DNA of 64,000 nucleotides, from assembly GCA_030041155.1 (NCBI GenBank), contig JASHOJ010000142.1, positions 437-64,436 on the forward strand, written 5' to 3'. Each line of letters begins with the position of its first letter. Position 1 is the first letter of the stretch. The DNA comes from Candidatus Binataceae bacterium (GTDB lineage Bacteria > Desulfobacterota > Binatia > Binatales > Binataceae). Positions 46,608-58,760 of this stretch are shown in pieces. Position numbers and translations under genes: made by a program. The notes beneath the pieces were generated by a model. That model was not told where the DNA came from, made no database searches, and worked only from the letters and a program-made list of their open reading frames with translations.

Positions 46608-47270
46608 TCACGCTCGCGGCTCCGGTGTCCCGTACAACACGCGCATCCAGATCGCGACCAGCGTCTCCAGCAGCACTTTCGAGTCGATGCGCGAATCGTG
46701 CTCCAGGCGATCGTTAAGATATCGTTCGTTCATCAGGATGAGAGCGCGCGCGGTCTCGTAAGCGTCGATGGGACGTGTCCGGCCGCTCGAGATTTCGCTT
46801 TTGATTCGCGCCGCGGTTGAGGTGGTCATCCGATCGATCAGCATCGCGAAGGCCCTGCCGACTTTTTTGTCCTGAACCGCCGCGTCCGAGAGCGCACGCA
46901 TCAGGTGGCGATGCTCGCGATAGACCGCGATAACGCCTGCCAGTCCGCGTTCCAAATCAGTGCGCGGATCATTCTCACTCGAAAACCAGACGTCACTGAT
47001 CGGATACATCAGCGCCGTCATCCTCTCGACCAGCTTCATCGCGAGCTCGTACCGATCGCGAAAATATTCATAAAACGAAGGGCGCGACAGACCCGTCCGC
47101 GCCATCAAGTCGTCCACCGTCATCTCGTGAAAAGTATGCCGGCGCAGGAATTTCTCGGCGGCGTCCAGGATCTCGGCGCTTGCGGCTTCCGGGCGTCGCC
47201 GCCGACGCGGCGCGTGCCGCACGGAACCTGACGCCGGCTTCAGCAGCGATTTATCGACGGAGTTAGCCAA
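46608..47270 (-). CDS. TetR/AcrR family transcriptional regulator
   Basis: HTH region ILDAAEKFLRRHTFHEMTVDDLMARTGLSRPSFYEYFRDRYEL. Confidence 0.8.
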   Translation of the reverse strand: MANSVDKSLLKPASGSVRHAPRRRRRPEAASAEILDAAEKFLRRHTFHEMTVDDLMARTGLSRPSFYEYFRDRYELAMKLVERMTALMYPISDVWFSSENDPRTDLERGLAGVIAVYREHRHLMRALSDAAVQDKKVGRAFAMLIDRMTTSTAARIKSEISSGRTRPIDAYETARALILMNERYLNDRLEHDSRIDSKVLLETLVAIWMRVLYGTPEPRA

Positions 47271-47483
47271 TGCTGGGCCATTGAGCTTACGTTATTCCCG
47301 ACGGGGTCGCGAACATGATGGCGGATAGCAGTGCTTGTCATCTATTAGCTTGTTAAAGAATGTTTGTCTGAGGAGCAGTTCGCCTATGCTCGTAGCATCA
47401 GCGGTTACGACAATCTCAGTTTACAGATATTCGCGTCAACTCCCCGTCCAAAGCTAAAATGAAGCGCGGTTTGGGGGCTTACG

Positions 47484-49817
<2,334 letters not shown>

Positions 49818-50318
49818 CGACCCTTCAAATCGTAGGCATCTGCGGAGCTGTCGCCGACTCGGGCGGCAACACCGAAAATTTCGGCCCGCGATTTATTTTC
49901 GCCGCCTGATACTCCCAGTGAGGCATGCTCGCAGCGATCCATAGGAGTTCTACTTCACAACGATCCAAGATCGGCGAGTCCGCATTAGCGAGCAAAATAA
50001 ACTCGCCCGAAATGTACTGCTGCGTCAATCGTTTCACCGGTCGGGAATTTCTTGCAGGAGTCGGTGATCTCACAGCGTGAAAATGCATCGCTCAGCGTAG
50101 ATTTGCAAGTTCGCAGGGGCTGTTCCTCTCTGAGTGCGTCCAATCGAGACTAAAGGCCAAGTCAGAAAAGAAAATCAGAGGCAGGCCACGACAAGTCACC
50201 AGAAATGAGGACCCCTCAACTGCGAGCGACATGAACGCTTCTCAAGCTTCCTATTCTTCAAGAGATATTCCCGCTGGCATCCCCTATGCGTGTGTAACTG
50301 GTGAACGAGGTGAATGAG

Positions 50319-50450
50319 ATGAAAAAGAAGATAATGGTAGCAATCCAGGCATTGGTGATGCTGGCCGCTATGGGTGCCGCTACCGGTTGTTACTATGGCG
50401 GTCCAGGATGGTGGGGCGGTCCACACTGGCACCATCACTATCATCACTAA
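50319..50450 (+). CDS. candidate small ORF: 43-aa His/Trp/Gly-rich putative lipopeptide (MKKKIMVAIQALVMLAAMGAATGCYYGGPGWWGGPHWHHHYHH)
   Basis: ATG preceded by GAGGTGAATGAG (SD-like). Signal peptide with lipobox-like AATGC. Followed 14 nt later by a 14-bp perfect-stem hairpin. Sits in a 500-bp lower-GC non-coding gap. Confidence 0.35.
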   Translation: MKKKIMVAIQALVMLAAMGAATGCYYGGPGWWGGPHWHHHYHH

Positions 50451-50464
50451 CTTCTTCACTGACG

Positions 50465-50501
50465 AGTGGCTATTTGCGATGCGATTTGCAAATAGCCACT
50501 C
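50465..50501 (+). terminator. strong hairpin (14-bp perfect stem GAGTGGCTATTTGC / GCAAATAGCCACTC, 9-nt loop) downstream of small ORF; no U-tract
   Basis: Read directly from sequence. May act as a terminator or stabiliser. Confidence 0.4.
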
Positions 50502-50756
50502 TTAGTCTCCAGCCGTTCGTTCTTTTACGGCCCGCGTTCCTCTAGAGACTTAGCCAACGACGCTGAACAAAATTTCAGCTTGAAAACTGACTACACGATC
50601 TGGGGTTCTCGCCGCGGCTCCCGGTAATTGCCATCGCTAAACGTGGATACGCGTTCACAGTCGCGCGCGGAATGGTAATCCTTTTTGTGTCATCGAGTGC
50701 TGCGCGAAGCCTATCCGCGTGATGCCGCGTACCCCAGAGGAACACCGCGTGCGGCA

Positions 50757-51389
50757 TCAATGCTGGTATTGGATGCTCTTGATAAAGGCGTCGGCTTCGC
50801 TTGCGCCGGCGGCCGTCCCGCCACTAGGCCCGTGCTGCGCATAGATAAACCTGACGACGTATTTCGGATCGCGCGGATCGACGCACTCCAGCGTGTCTTC
50901 GTCGGTAATCACGACATAGGCAGCCGGAGCGGCCGCGTCGGCATAGTGGACCGCGAAGGTGGATCGCCCGTGGTAGCGCAGGCATAGCGCGCCATGATCC
51001 GGCGCGGCGCTGATTACCTTGTCGCCGTCCGGAAGATCCTCGCACCACTCGTCGAGGTCGTCGATACTGCCAATTCGCGACGGCGCGGCGACTCCGAGAA
51101 CCAGGATTTGTGTCTCGTTGCGTCCGTCATGGCGCGTCATCTCGAACAGCGTCGGAGGATCCACGGTGTCCTGCATGTACCATCCGATGCGATCCGGGCG
51201 CTCGAACGAAAAGCCGCCGCGTTCGACCCGGCCGGGCAGGTCGCCCGCGTCGGTTTGCATCAGATGGGTGCACGCCGAAATTGCGGCCGAGCAAAAGGCG
51301 CCGATAGTCAACAAAACAACCGCCCGGCAGAGCCGGCGAAATTTCGAGCTGTGGCTGGTCCGAATCGCGCACGCGCTCATCGAAATCAT
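50757..51389 (-). CDS. hypothetical lipoprotein/secreted protein
   Basis: Internal ATG with hydrophobic leader LLTIGAFCSAAISAC. No motifs recognised. Confidence 0.4.
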   Translation of the reverse strand: MISMSACAIRTSHSSKFRRLCRAVVLLTIGAFCSAAISACTHLMQTDAGDLPGRVERGGFSFERPDRIGWYMQDTVDPPTLFEMTRHDGRNETQILVLGVAAPSRIGSIDDLDEWCEDLPDGDKVISAAPDHGALCLRYHGRSTFAVHYADAAAPAAYVVITDEDTLECVDPRDPKYVVRFIYAQHGPSGGTAAGASEADAFIKSIQYQH

Positions 51390-51480
51390 CGAAGCACAAA
51401 AGCGGGATTTCTCAGAAGCCGAATTTATAACCGCCGCGATGCCGCGCGGCAATCGGATGCCATCGAAGCAATCGTCGCGC

Positions 51481-52470
51481 TTATCCGATTCCGAGCGTCA
51501 ACTGCGGGTGAAGCTGATGCGGCTGCGGCTCAGGGGAGGCGTCATCTTCGCGGGAGGTCGCGAATCCGTAGCGGCGGCGCAATCGGTCAAAAAGGATCCG
51601 CATCCGGTCATCATAAGCGCGCGGCGCGTAGGCCGCGTGCGAGTAGAACTTGTCGATACTCTCCGCCAGGCCGGGAAAGTTCTCGCGCACGAATGGCAGA
51701 AACTTTCTTGCGGCCGCCGGACGTAAAAACAGCGACCGCCACCATACCGCTTCGGCGCCCGCCCGCCGCGCCATCCGAATCACGCTTTCTATCGCGCCCG
51801 GATCGTCCGTCAGGCCCGGTATCATCGGCATCATCAGAACGTTGCAGCGGATTCCCGCGCGCGAGAGTTCGCTGAGCGCGCGCAGCCTGAGTCCGGGCCG
51901 CGGTGCGCGCGGTTCGAGCACACGCTGCAAGCGCCGGTTGAGGGTGATTATCGAGAAGTTCACCCGCACGCGCGAGCGCCGATTTATCCGCGCCAGCAGG
52001 TCGAGGTCGCGTGCGATGAGCGCCGACTTGGTGGTGATCGAAAGGTCAAGGCCTGAGAGTTGCGCGAATACCTCAAGCATCGATCGCGTGAGCCTGAATT
52101 TTCGCTCCGCTGGCTGGTATGGATCGGTCGCGGTGCCAATCGCGATCTGGTCGGTGCCGATCGGAGTGCGAGCCAGGGTATGCGCCAGCACCTCGGCAGC
52201 CATCCGCTTGACGAAAATTCGGCGCTCGAAATCCATCGGATCGCGCAACTCAAGAAACTCATGGGTGTAGCGCGCGTAGCAGTAGACGCATCCGAATTCG
52301 CATCCGCGGTACGGATTGATAGTCCATCGAAACGGCATCCGGGGGCTGTCGCATCGGTTGAGAATCCGATGCACTGGCATCTCGATAAACTCAACGCCTC
52401 TGGCAAATTCGTCAGGTACAGCGGAGTCGGCGGCGAGAGGAAGTGCGAAATCGCGCTTGGTGGCGGGCAT
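51481..52470 (-). CDS. radical SAM protein (SplB-like DNA photolyase family)
   Basis: CEFGCVYC CxxxCxxC cluster motif near the N-terminus (MPFRWTINPYRGCEFGCVYCYAR). 329 aa. Confidence 0.7.
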   Translation of the reverse strand: MPATKRDFALPLAADSAVPDEFARGVEFIEMPVHRILNRCDSPRMPFRWTINPYRGCEFGCVYCYARYTHEFLELRDPMDFERRIFVKRMAAEVLAHTLARTPIGTDQIAIGTATDPYQPAERKFRLTRSMLEVFAQLSGLDLSITTKSALIARDLDLLARINRRSRVRVNFSIITLNRRLQRVLEPRAPRPGLRLRALSELSRAGIRCNVLMMPMIPGLTDDPGAIESVIRMARRAGAEAVWWRSLFLRPAAARKFLPFVRENFPGLAESIDKFYSHAAYAPRAYDDRMRILFDRLRRRYGFATSREDDASPEPQPHQLHPQLTLGIG

Positions 52471-52645
52471 GCATAATTTTCGCTTTTCTTTCGCTCTCAG
52501 TCAAGCAAAACCCTTACTTTCCAAGCCTAATTCATTGCGCCAAACGCCGTTTGATGACGTTTCACGTGAAACGTGGCGCTGCAAAGAGCGTTAAATGCTC
52601 AGGCACGCGCCACTTTAATAGCTCATCCGCGATGTCGGACGTACC

Positions 52646-53641
52646 CTACTGCAAGGTCACAAAGTCGTATGCAGGCGGAAGCTTCTCGCAGACCGTGGCG
52701 ACGCCGCTATCTATCGCGCGGATAAGACATCCGTCGCTGGTGACGCCGAAGAACCCGGCGCCCTCCGGATCGTCCTTAAGCCGCATCAGCATCCCGCGTC
52801 CCCACGCGTACTCCGCCAGCACCGGAGAGAAGGTAAAGCCGCAGTCGTCGCTCCGAAACAGCATCGCATCGGCGCCGAGGCCGCCTGTAGACCAGGTAGG
52901 TGGCGGTCCGGCGGCGGCAGCGGTGTAGATGGTCTCGACGCCATCCTCATGCACCAGCAGCGGGACCGTGTAGCTGCGGTTGATACCGTCGCCCATCTGG
53001 CGCCATGAAGCACCCGCGTTCTCGGACAGATAGAAACCGCGCCCCGTGGTGGCATAAAGGCGTCGCGAATCAAGCGGATCGACTGCGACGGTGTGCACGT
53101 CGCGATAAAGGCCGTCGTTCAGCGATTCGAAAATTCTGCCGCCGTCGCGAGTGCGAAAGACCCCGCCCTCTTCCACCCCGACGTACATCGAGTTCGGATT
53201 ATGCGGATCGAACGCGATCGATCGGACATGCGGAATATGCGGCGGAGGCGGGAAGCTCCAGTTCTCGCGCCCGGGAATTTTCAGAAACCCGGCGCACTCC
53301 TGGAACGAACGGCCGCGATCGTCGCTGCGCAGCAGCCTTGCGTGAGAAGTCCCGACGAAAACCTGATCGGCAACCATCGGCGACGCCGCCAGCGCCCACA
53401 CCTGCTCTTCTCGCGCGCAGGCGGGACTGATATCAGCCCACGACCGCCCGCCGTCGAGCGATCGCGCGAGCGTTCCCCGTCCGTGCAGATGATCGGTCGC
53501 ACCGGCGTAAATTACCGACGGATCCGCCGCATCCTGAGTCATGCACCAGATCGCTGTCGGATCCGCAAGCACCATCAGGGGGATGCTCCGGGCAGGATCG
53601 AGAATGACGATACCCTTGGAAGTACCCACACATACCCGCAT
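52646..53641 (-). CDS. BNR/Asp-box repeat beta-propeller protein (Ycf48-like)
   Basis: Repeated SxDxGxTW-like boxes: SLDGGRSW, SDDRGRSF, TRDGGRIF, SENAGASW, RSDDCGFTF. ATG 53641 with GGAGG upstream. Confidence 0.7.
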   Translation of the reverse strand: MRVCVGTSKGIVILDPARSIPLMVLADPTAIWCMTQDAADPSVIYAGATDHLHGRGTLARSLDGGRSWADISPACAREEQVWALAASPMVADQVFVGTSHARLLRSDDRGRSFQECAGFLKIPGRENWSFPPPPHIPHVRSIAFDPHNPNSMYVGVEEGGVFRTRDGGRIFESLNDGLYRDVHTVAVDPLDSRRLYATTGRGFYLSENAGASWRQMGDGINRSYTVPLLVHEDGVETIYTAAAAGPPPTWSTGGLGADAMLFRSDDCGFTFSPVLAEYAWGRGMLMRLKDDPEGAGFFGVTSDGCLIRAIDSGVATVCEKLPPAYDFVTLQ

Positions 53642-53889
53642 CGCGATGTTCCCCTCCCCACCTGCGTGAGGCCTAAAGAATACCGTAAATTCCAGTAGCG
53701 CAATATCGGGGCTGTCCACAGGCTGCGATTCTGAGCAGAGCGGGTTGCACATCGCGATAGCCCGCCACCGGTGCCTGTGTTATGCGAGAGAACTGCGGAA
53801 AGACGCGAAGGAATTATGGCGCAAGCCTCGAGAGCCGATGCAAACCATCCTCACGCAACCCCGGGGCAAAGCAATTCAGGGATAGTCCG

Positions 53890-54390
53890 ATGAACGAAGT
53901 CACTCTGCGCGATGCGGCCGAGGCGGACCTCCCAGCGATCGTCGAAATCTATAACGCCGCGATTCCGGGGCGTATGGCGACCGCCGATCTGGAGCCGGCG
54001 ATGGTGGAGCTCCGGCGCGATTGGTTCGCGGAGCATCAGCCGTCATCGCGGCCGCTATGGGTGCTTGACCGAGCGGGCGAAATCGTCGCGTGGTTGAGCT
54101 TTCAATCCTTCTATGGACGGCCGGCATATCTAGCGACCGCGGAAATCAGCGTCTATGTAGCGCCGGCGCATCAGCGCCGCGGCTACGCGAATCGGCTGGT
54201 CGCGGCGGCGGTAGAGCGTGCGCCGTCGCTCGGGCTCAAGACCCTGCTCGCGTTTATTTTCGAGCACAACGAACCGAGCCTTAAGTTGTTCCGCCGCTTT
54301 GGTTTCGAGACCTGGGCGAACCTGCCCGCGGTTGCCTCGCTTGACGGGATTGAGCGCGGCCTAATGATTCTGGGCAAACGAGTGGCCTAG
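53890..54390 (+). CDS. GNAT family N-acetyltransferase
   Basis: Acetyl-CoA binding block HQRRGYANRLVAAAVERA (Q/RxxGxG/A). Trimmed to ATG 53890. Confidence 0.8.
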   Translation: MNEVTLRDAAEADLPAIVEIYNAAIPGRMATADLEPAMVELRRDWFAEHQPSSRPLWVLDRAGEIVAWLSFQSFYGRPAYLATAEISVYVAPAHQRRGYANRLVAAAVERAPSLGLKTLLAFIFEHNEPSLKLFRRFGFETWANLPAVASLDGIERGLMILGKRVA

Positions 54391-54502
54391 ACACCGCACG
54401 GTTTTCTGAACGGTCGATCATGTTTGCGCATGATCGATCAACTGGCCTTGATATACCCGAAACCCGTATAATGCACTCGATATTGGTTGTTATGGCGGTT
54501 GT

Positions 54503-55213
54503 ATGCTCCATCAGGTAGCTGCGGGGCAGTTGGGTGTGGTGCAACTGATACTGGGCACGGGTCCGGTTGTTGCCGCCGTGCTGTGGCTGCTGATCGCTTT
54601 TTCGGTCGGATGCTGGGGAATAAGTCTTTATAAGCTGGTGCAGATTTCGCGCGCGCGCCGCGAGTCCGAGCGCTTCATCAACATCTTCTGGGAATCAAAG
54701 AATCTCGCGACTATCCACACCGCGAGCGTCGGCTTCACCCGGAGCCCGGTCGCGCAAGTATTTCGCGCCGGATATCAGGAGCTCCTGCAGCTCACTCGCG
54801 CCAAGCGCCAGGCGGTGGGCGCGCAAGCGGAATTTTCAACCGATCTGGGCGGAATCGAAAACGTCACCCGCGCGATGAAGCGGCAGGCCAACGTTGAGCT
54901 GACCAAGCTTGAGTATGGAACGACGTTTCTGGCAACCACCAGCTCGGCGTGCCCGTTTATCGGCCTGTTTGGCACTGTATGCGGCATAATCGTCGCGTTT
55001 GTAGGATTATCGACCGCGCATTCGTCCAGCATCCAAGCCGTAGCGCCTGGAATCGCGGAAGCGCTCATCGCAACCGCGGTCGGATTGGTAGCGGCGATTC
55101 CGGCCGTGATGTTTTTCAACTTCTTCACCGCGCGAATTCGCGTGCTCGCCACCGAAATGGAGAACTTCACTTCCGAATTTTTGAATATCGCCGAGCGTCA
55201 CTTCCTCTCATAG
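54503..55213 (+). CDS. tolQ: Tol-Pal system protein TolQ (MotA/TolQ/ExbB proton channel)
   Basis: Three-TM MotA/TolQ/ExbB topology with conserved C-terminal TM block. First gene of the tol-pal cluster. Confidence 0.85.
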   Translation: MLHQVAAGQLGVVQLILGTGPVVAAVLWLLIAFSVGCWGISLYKLVQISRARRESERFINIFWESKNLATIHTASVGFTRSPVAQVFRAGYQELLQLTRAKRQAVGAQAEFSTDLGGIENVTRAMKRQANVELTKLEYGTTFLATTSSACPFIGLFGTVCGIIVAFVGLSTAHSSSIQAVAPGIAEALIATAVGLVAAIPAVMFFNFFTARIRVLATEMENFTSEFLNIAERHFLS

Positions 55214-55234
55214 CGTGGCGGCGGAGGCGCGGCG

Positions 55235-55696
55235 ATGGCATTCGATTCCGGACAGCGCGGCAGTTTCGTATCACAGATAAACGTCACCCCGCTGGTGGAC
55301 GTGATGCTGGTGCTGCTGGTGATCTTCATGGTCACCGCACCGATTATCCAGCAGGGCGTGCAGGTTTCCCTGCCCAAGGTGAAAGCGGAAGCGCTGCCCG
55401 GCAAGGAGCAGCAGTTCGTCGTCTCGATCACGCGCAACAACGAGATCTATCTTAATGATACGAAGCTCGACCCGCAGGCCCTGACTGACAAGCTCGCCGC
55501 GATCTCGAAAGAACGTCCGGACCGCGAGGTTTTTATCCGCGCCGACGAGCAGGTGTCGTACGGCGAGGTTATACGCACGATGGCGGCGATAAAGGCGGCC
55601 GGAATCGAGAACGTCGGGATGGTTACCGAAACGCCCGCCGGGTCAGACTCCGATTCGGAGGCCCATAAGCATCCAAGTGGCCAACCCGCGCCATAA
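55235..55696 (+). CDS. tolR: Tol-Pal system protein TolR (ExbD/TolR family)
   Basis: Single N-terminal TM (VTPLVDVMLVLLVIFMV) plus the ExbD periplasmic domain. Confidence 0.85.
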   Translation: MAFDSGQRGSFVSQINVTPLVDVMLVLLVIFMVTAPIIQQGVQVSLPKVKAEALPGKEQQFVVSITRNNEIYLNDTKLDPQALTDKLAAISKERPDREVFIRADEQVSYGEVIRTMAAIKAAGIENVGMVTETPAGSDSDSEAHKHPSGQPAP

Positions 55697-56753
55697 CGGC
55701 AACGAGAGGCCGCCGCGCGCGGGCTACATAGCCGCGATAGTCGTTGCCGCGCTGGCGCATGCCGCTCTGTTTGCATTCGTGATCTTCGTCCTGCCGCAGT
55801 GGTACCGATCGGCGCCCGAGCAGGTTCCCGCTTACACGGTCAAGATCGTGGACAATATTCCAGCCGGAGATTTGGGAACTCATCTGCCAAGATTGGCTCC
55901 CAAAGCGATCGAGCGAACCAAGGCAGAGGAAACGAAGCCTGAGGTGAAGCCGCCGCCGCCAAAGATCGTAACCCCGCCAGAGGACGACAAAAACGCAATC
56001 GCGCTGAACACCAAGCGGATCGAGGCGACCCCGACTCCGACTCCCACTCCCGAGCCAACGATAGCACCGACTCCGGAGCAAACCGCTACCCCTGAGCCAA
56101 CCCGAACTCCGCGACCGCGGCGGCATCCGACGCCCAAGCCCACGCCGCGTCCGAAACCGACCCCAGAGCCGAAAGCCAAATCGCGGCACGAGCCCCCGAG
56201 CGTGATGGTGGCGCGCAATGATTCCGCGGAAAGCATCAAACAGCGGATGCAGAAAATCCGCGAACAACTTCTAAAGCAGCATCTGGCGGAGCTCGCAAAA
56301 CACAACGAAGATGAAGAAGAGACGGGCGACGACGAAGCGACGCCGCCCGAGAACGCGCCGAGCGGAGGCGGACCGGTCATCGCCAGCGCGCCGCGTGCCG
56401 GCACCGGCTATGGGGTCGGGCCTGGAAACGGGAGCATGGGGATTCAACAGGACCCGGAATTTCTGCTCTACTATTCGACGGTGCAGGAGAAGATCAAGAA
56501 AGCGTGGAACTTCACGTCCGGATCATCCGATCTTACCGCAACGGTCGACTATGCTATCGGGCCGGATGGCGCGCTGACCGAGGCAAAAGTCGCGAACAGT
56601 TCGAAGGATGCTGCGTTTGATGATTCTGTTATCCGCGCGATTCGCAGCGCCGCTCCATTCCCGCCTCCGCCCGAGAAATATCGAGCGCTCTGGGGACAAG
56701 GAGTTGAAGCGATCTTCAAGCTTGGGGATCTCAAGGCCGGAAAATCCGGATAA
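55677..56753 (+). CDS. tolA: TolA-like protein (TonB C-terminal domain) with Pro/Thr-rich spacer
   Basis: TM anchor, (TP)n/PEPT low-complexity spacer, charged helical region and a TonB_C-like C-terminus. GTG start overlaps tolR. Confidence 0.7.
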   Translation: MANPRHNGNERPPRAGYIAAIVVAALAHAALFAFVIFVLPQWYRSAPEQVPAYTVKIVDNIPAGDLGTHLPRLAPKAIERTKAEETKPEVKPPPPKIVTPPEDDKNAIALNTKRIEATPTPTPTPEPTIAPTPEQTATPEPTRTPRPRRHPTPKPTPRPKPTPEPKAKSRHEPPSVMVARNDSAESIKQRMQKIREQLLKQHLAELAKHNEDEEETGDDEATPPENAPSGGGPVIASAPRAGTGYGVGPGNGSMGIQQDPEFLLYYSTVQEKIKKAWNFTSGSSDLTATVDYAIGPDGALTEAKVANSSKDAAFDDSVIRAIRSAAPFPPPPEKYRALWGQGVEAIFKLGDLKAGKSG

Positions 56754-56855
56754 TTTTGGACCGGATGCTCGAATTCCGGTTATCGATGAAGTTTTACTCC
56801 ATACACAGGATGCGCGCGGTTCCAAAAACGATTACCTGAGGCGCGGATAAAGCGG

Positions 56856-58226
56856 ATGAGCAAGGCCGGCACAATCATCTATCGTACAATTTCCCGGAAA
56901 ATTTCCGCCAAACGGCTCCTGTCGCTGGCCGCAATCGTCGCCGCGGTTCAAATGGCTTTGTGTGTGGGCGCCAGCGCTCAAATCAAGATGAACATCGTGG
57001 GGCCAGGATCGCAGCTTTCCTCGATCGCGGTTTCGGGGCTGAAAAGTCTCTCCGGTGACGATAATCATGATGTGTCGGGGAACTTCGTCGCGATTTTGGA
57101 TCGCGACCTGGAGCTTTCCGGCTATTTTCGGCTTATCTCGCCGCACGCGTATATCGAGGACCCGCAGCAATCAGGCTACGAGCTGGGGCAGTTCAATTTC
57201 GCCGACTGGCATTCGATTAATGCCGATTTCCTGGTCAAGGGCGCAGTTACGGTGAGCGGTCAAAACGTACAGCTTACAGCGTTGCTATACGACGTGGCGC
57301 AGCAGCGTCGGATGATGGGCAAAAATTTCAACGGCTCCATGGCCGACGTGCCGCGGATGGCGCGGCGGTTTGCCGACGCTCTTTTGCTGGCGACCACCGG
57401 ACAGCAGGGCCCGTTCGATACCATGCTCGCGTTCGTTTCAACCGGCGGCGGACGCTTCAAGGAAATCTACACTCAAACTATCGACGGACAGAATTTGTAC
57501 CGGCTGACTGATAACCCGACCATCAATCTATTCCCGTCGTTGGACAAAAACGTCAATTCGCTTCTATATCTTTCGTACAAAAGCGGCCAGCCGGAGCTTT
57601 ATCTCGCCGATCTGAAGCGCAAACTCGAGACCAGGATTGAAACCCGCCGCGGAGTTATAATTGGCGGCGCGCTTTCGCCCGACGGCCAGAGAATCGTCGC
57701 GGCGGTGGAAAACGGCGGCGCAACCAATCTGTACCTGCTCGACAAGGACGGCAACGAGCTTCGCGAGCTGACCCATACCAGCGGAATAAACGTAAGTCCC
57801 GCGTTTTCGTGGGATGGTTCGATGATCGCGTTTACCTCAGACCGGTCGGGCACGCCACAAATTTACGTGATGCCACTTTCCGGGGGCACCGCGCGGCGGG
57901 TAACCTACAAGGGCGATTACAATACCACGCCGGCTTTTTCGCCGAAGGGAGATCGAATCGCCTACCAGAGCCGCTCGGGCGGGCGTTTCGAAATCTTCGT
58001 GATTCCGGTCGGCGGCGGCGAACCGGCGCAGGTCACCGACGGAATCGGCTCGAACGAATCCCCATCCTGGTCGCCGGACGGACGTTACCTGGCGTTCAGT
58101 TCGACCCGGGGCGGAAATTCGCGGATTTACCTGGTGATGGTACAGAGCGGCAAAATTATTTCTGCTTTGACGGAGGGAAAGGGTAATGACACTTCTCCAG
58201 CGTGGTCGTGGTGGTTGGGTGACTAG
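56856..58226 (+). CDS. tolB: Tol-Pal system beta-propeller protein TolB
   Basis: Signal peptide, TolB N-domain and C-terminal WD40-like/PD40 repeats (SPDGQRIV, SWDGSMIAF, SPKGDRIAY, SPDGRYLAF). Confidence 0.9.
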   Translation: MSKAGTIIYRTISRKISAKRLLSLAAIVAAVQMALCVGASAQIKMNIVGPGSQLSSIAVSGLKSLSGDDNHDVSGNFVAILDRDLELSGYFRLISPHAYIEDPQQSGYELGQFNFADWHSINADFLVKGAVTVSGQNVQLTALLYDVAQQRRMMGKNFNGSMADVPRMARRFADALLLATTGQQGPFDTMLAFVSTGGGRFKEIYTQTIDGQNLYRLTDNPTINLFPSLDKNVNSLLYLSYKSGQPELYLADLKRKLETRIETRRGVIIGGALSPDGQRIVAAVENGGATNLYLLDKDGNELRELTHTSGINVSPAFSWDGSMIAFTSDRSGTPQIYVMPLSGGTARRVTYKGDYNTTPAFSPKGDRIAYQSRSGGRFEIFVIPVGGGEPAQVTDGIGSNESPSWSPDGRYLAFSSTRGGNSRIYLVMVQSGKIISALTEGKGNDTSPAWSWWLGD

Positions 58227-58743
58227 AGGAGCACGCCTCGCGCGAATCGGCGCGATGGTGGTGCTGGTCGGGGCACTCGCCGCCGGCTGTTCATCCAAGA
58301 GCAAGCCGGTGCAGGGCCCGACTGCTTCGCAGATGGGCGAGAACGGTATCGGCGGAAACACCAGTTCGCTTAAGGATCTGCAGAACGGGACGCTCGGCGC
58401 AAACTCGGGCGGACCGCTCAGCGATATCCATTTCGGCTACAACACCTACAACATCGAGCCGCAGGACGGCGCCGTGCTGAAGGCGAACGCGTCGTGGCTG
58501 CAGGCTCATCCGCAGACCCGGGTTCAAGTCGAAGGACATTGCGACGAGCGCGGATCCGAGGACTACAATCTGGCGCTGGGCGCCAAACGCGCGCAATCCG
58601 CAAAGGATTACCTGGTCACTCTCGGCGTGCCGGAAAGCCGCATCTCGACCATCAGTTATGGAAAAGAGCTGCCGCTATGCACCGAACATGACGAAGACTG
58701 TTGGGCGCAGAACCGGCGCGACCATTTTGTCGTGCAGCAATAG
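58186..58743 (+). CDS. pal: peptidoglycan-associated lipoprotein Pal (OmpA family)
   Basis: Lipobox LAAGCSS. OmpA-like C-domain (NxxLSxxRAxxVxxYL: NLALGAKRAQSAKDYLV). ATG 58186 with GGAGGGAAAGGG RBS overlaps the tolB end. Confidence 0.85.
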   Translation: MTLLQRGRGGWVTRGARLARIGAMVVLVGALAAGCSSKSKPVQGPTASQMGENGIGGNTSSLKDLQNGTLGANSGGPLSDIHFGYNTYNIEPQDGAVLKANASWLQAHPQTRVQVEGHCDERGSEDYNLALGAKRAQSAKDYLVTLGVPESRISTISYGKELPLCTEHDEDCWAQNRRDHFVVQQ

Positions 58744-58760
58744 GACAGGAGCGCAATTCC

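Noticed and set aside
50994-51875. 293-aa plus-strand ORF overlapping the hypothetical lipoprotein and radical-SAM genes
   Set aside because: Arg-rich shadow frame crossing an intergenic region. The radical-SAM gene on the other strand has a CxxxCxxC motif.
56020-56175. Nucleotide-level repeat in tolA
   Set aside because: Only low-complexity codon repetition encoding the (T/P)-rich TolA spacer. Not a mobile or tandem DNA repeat of independent significance.
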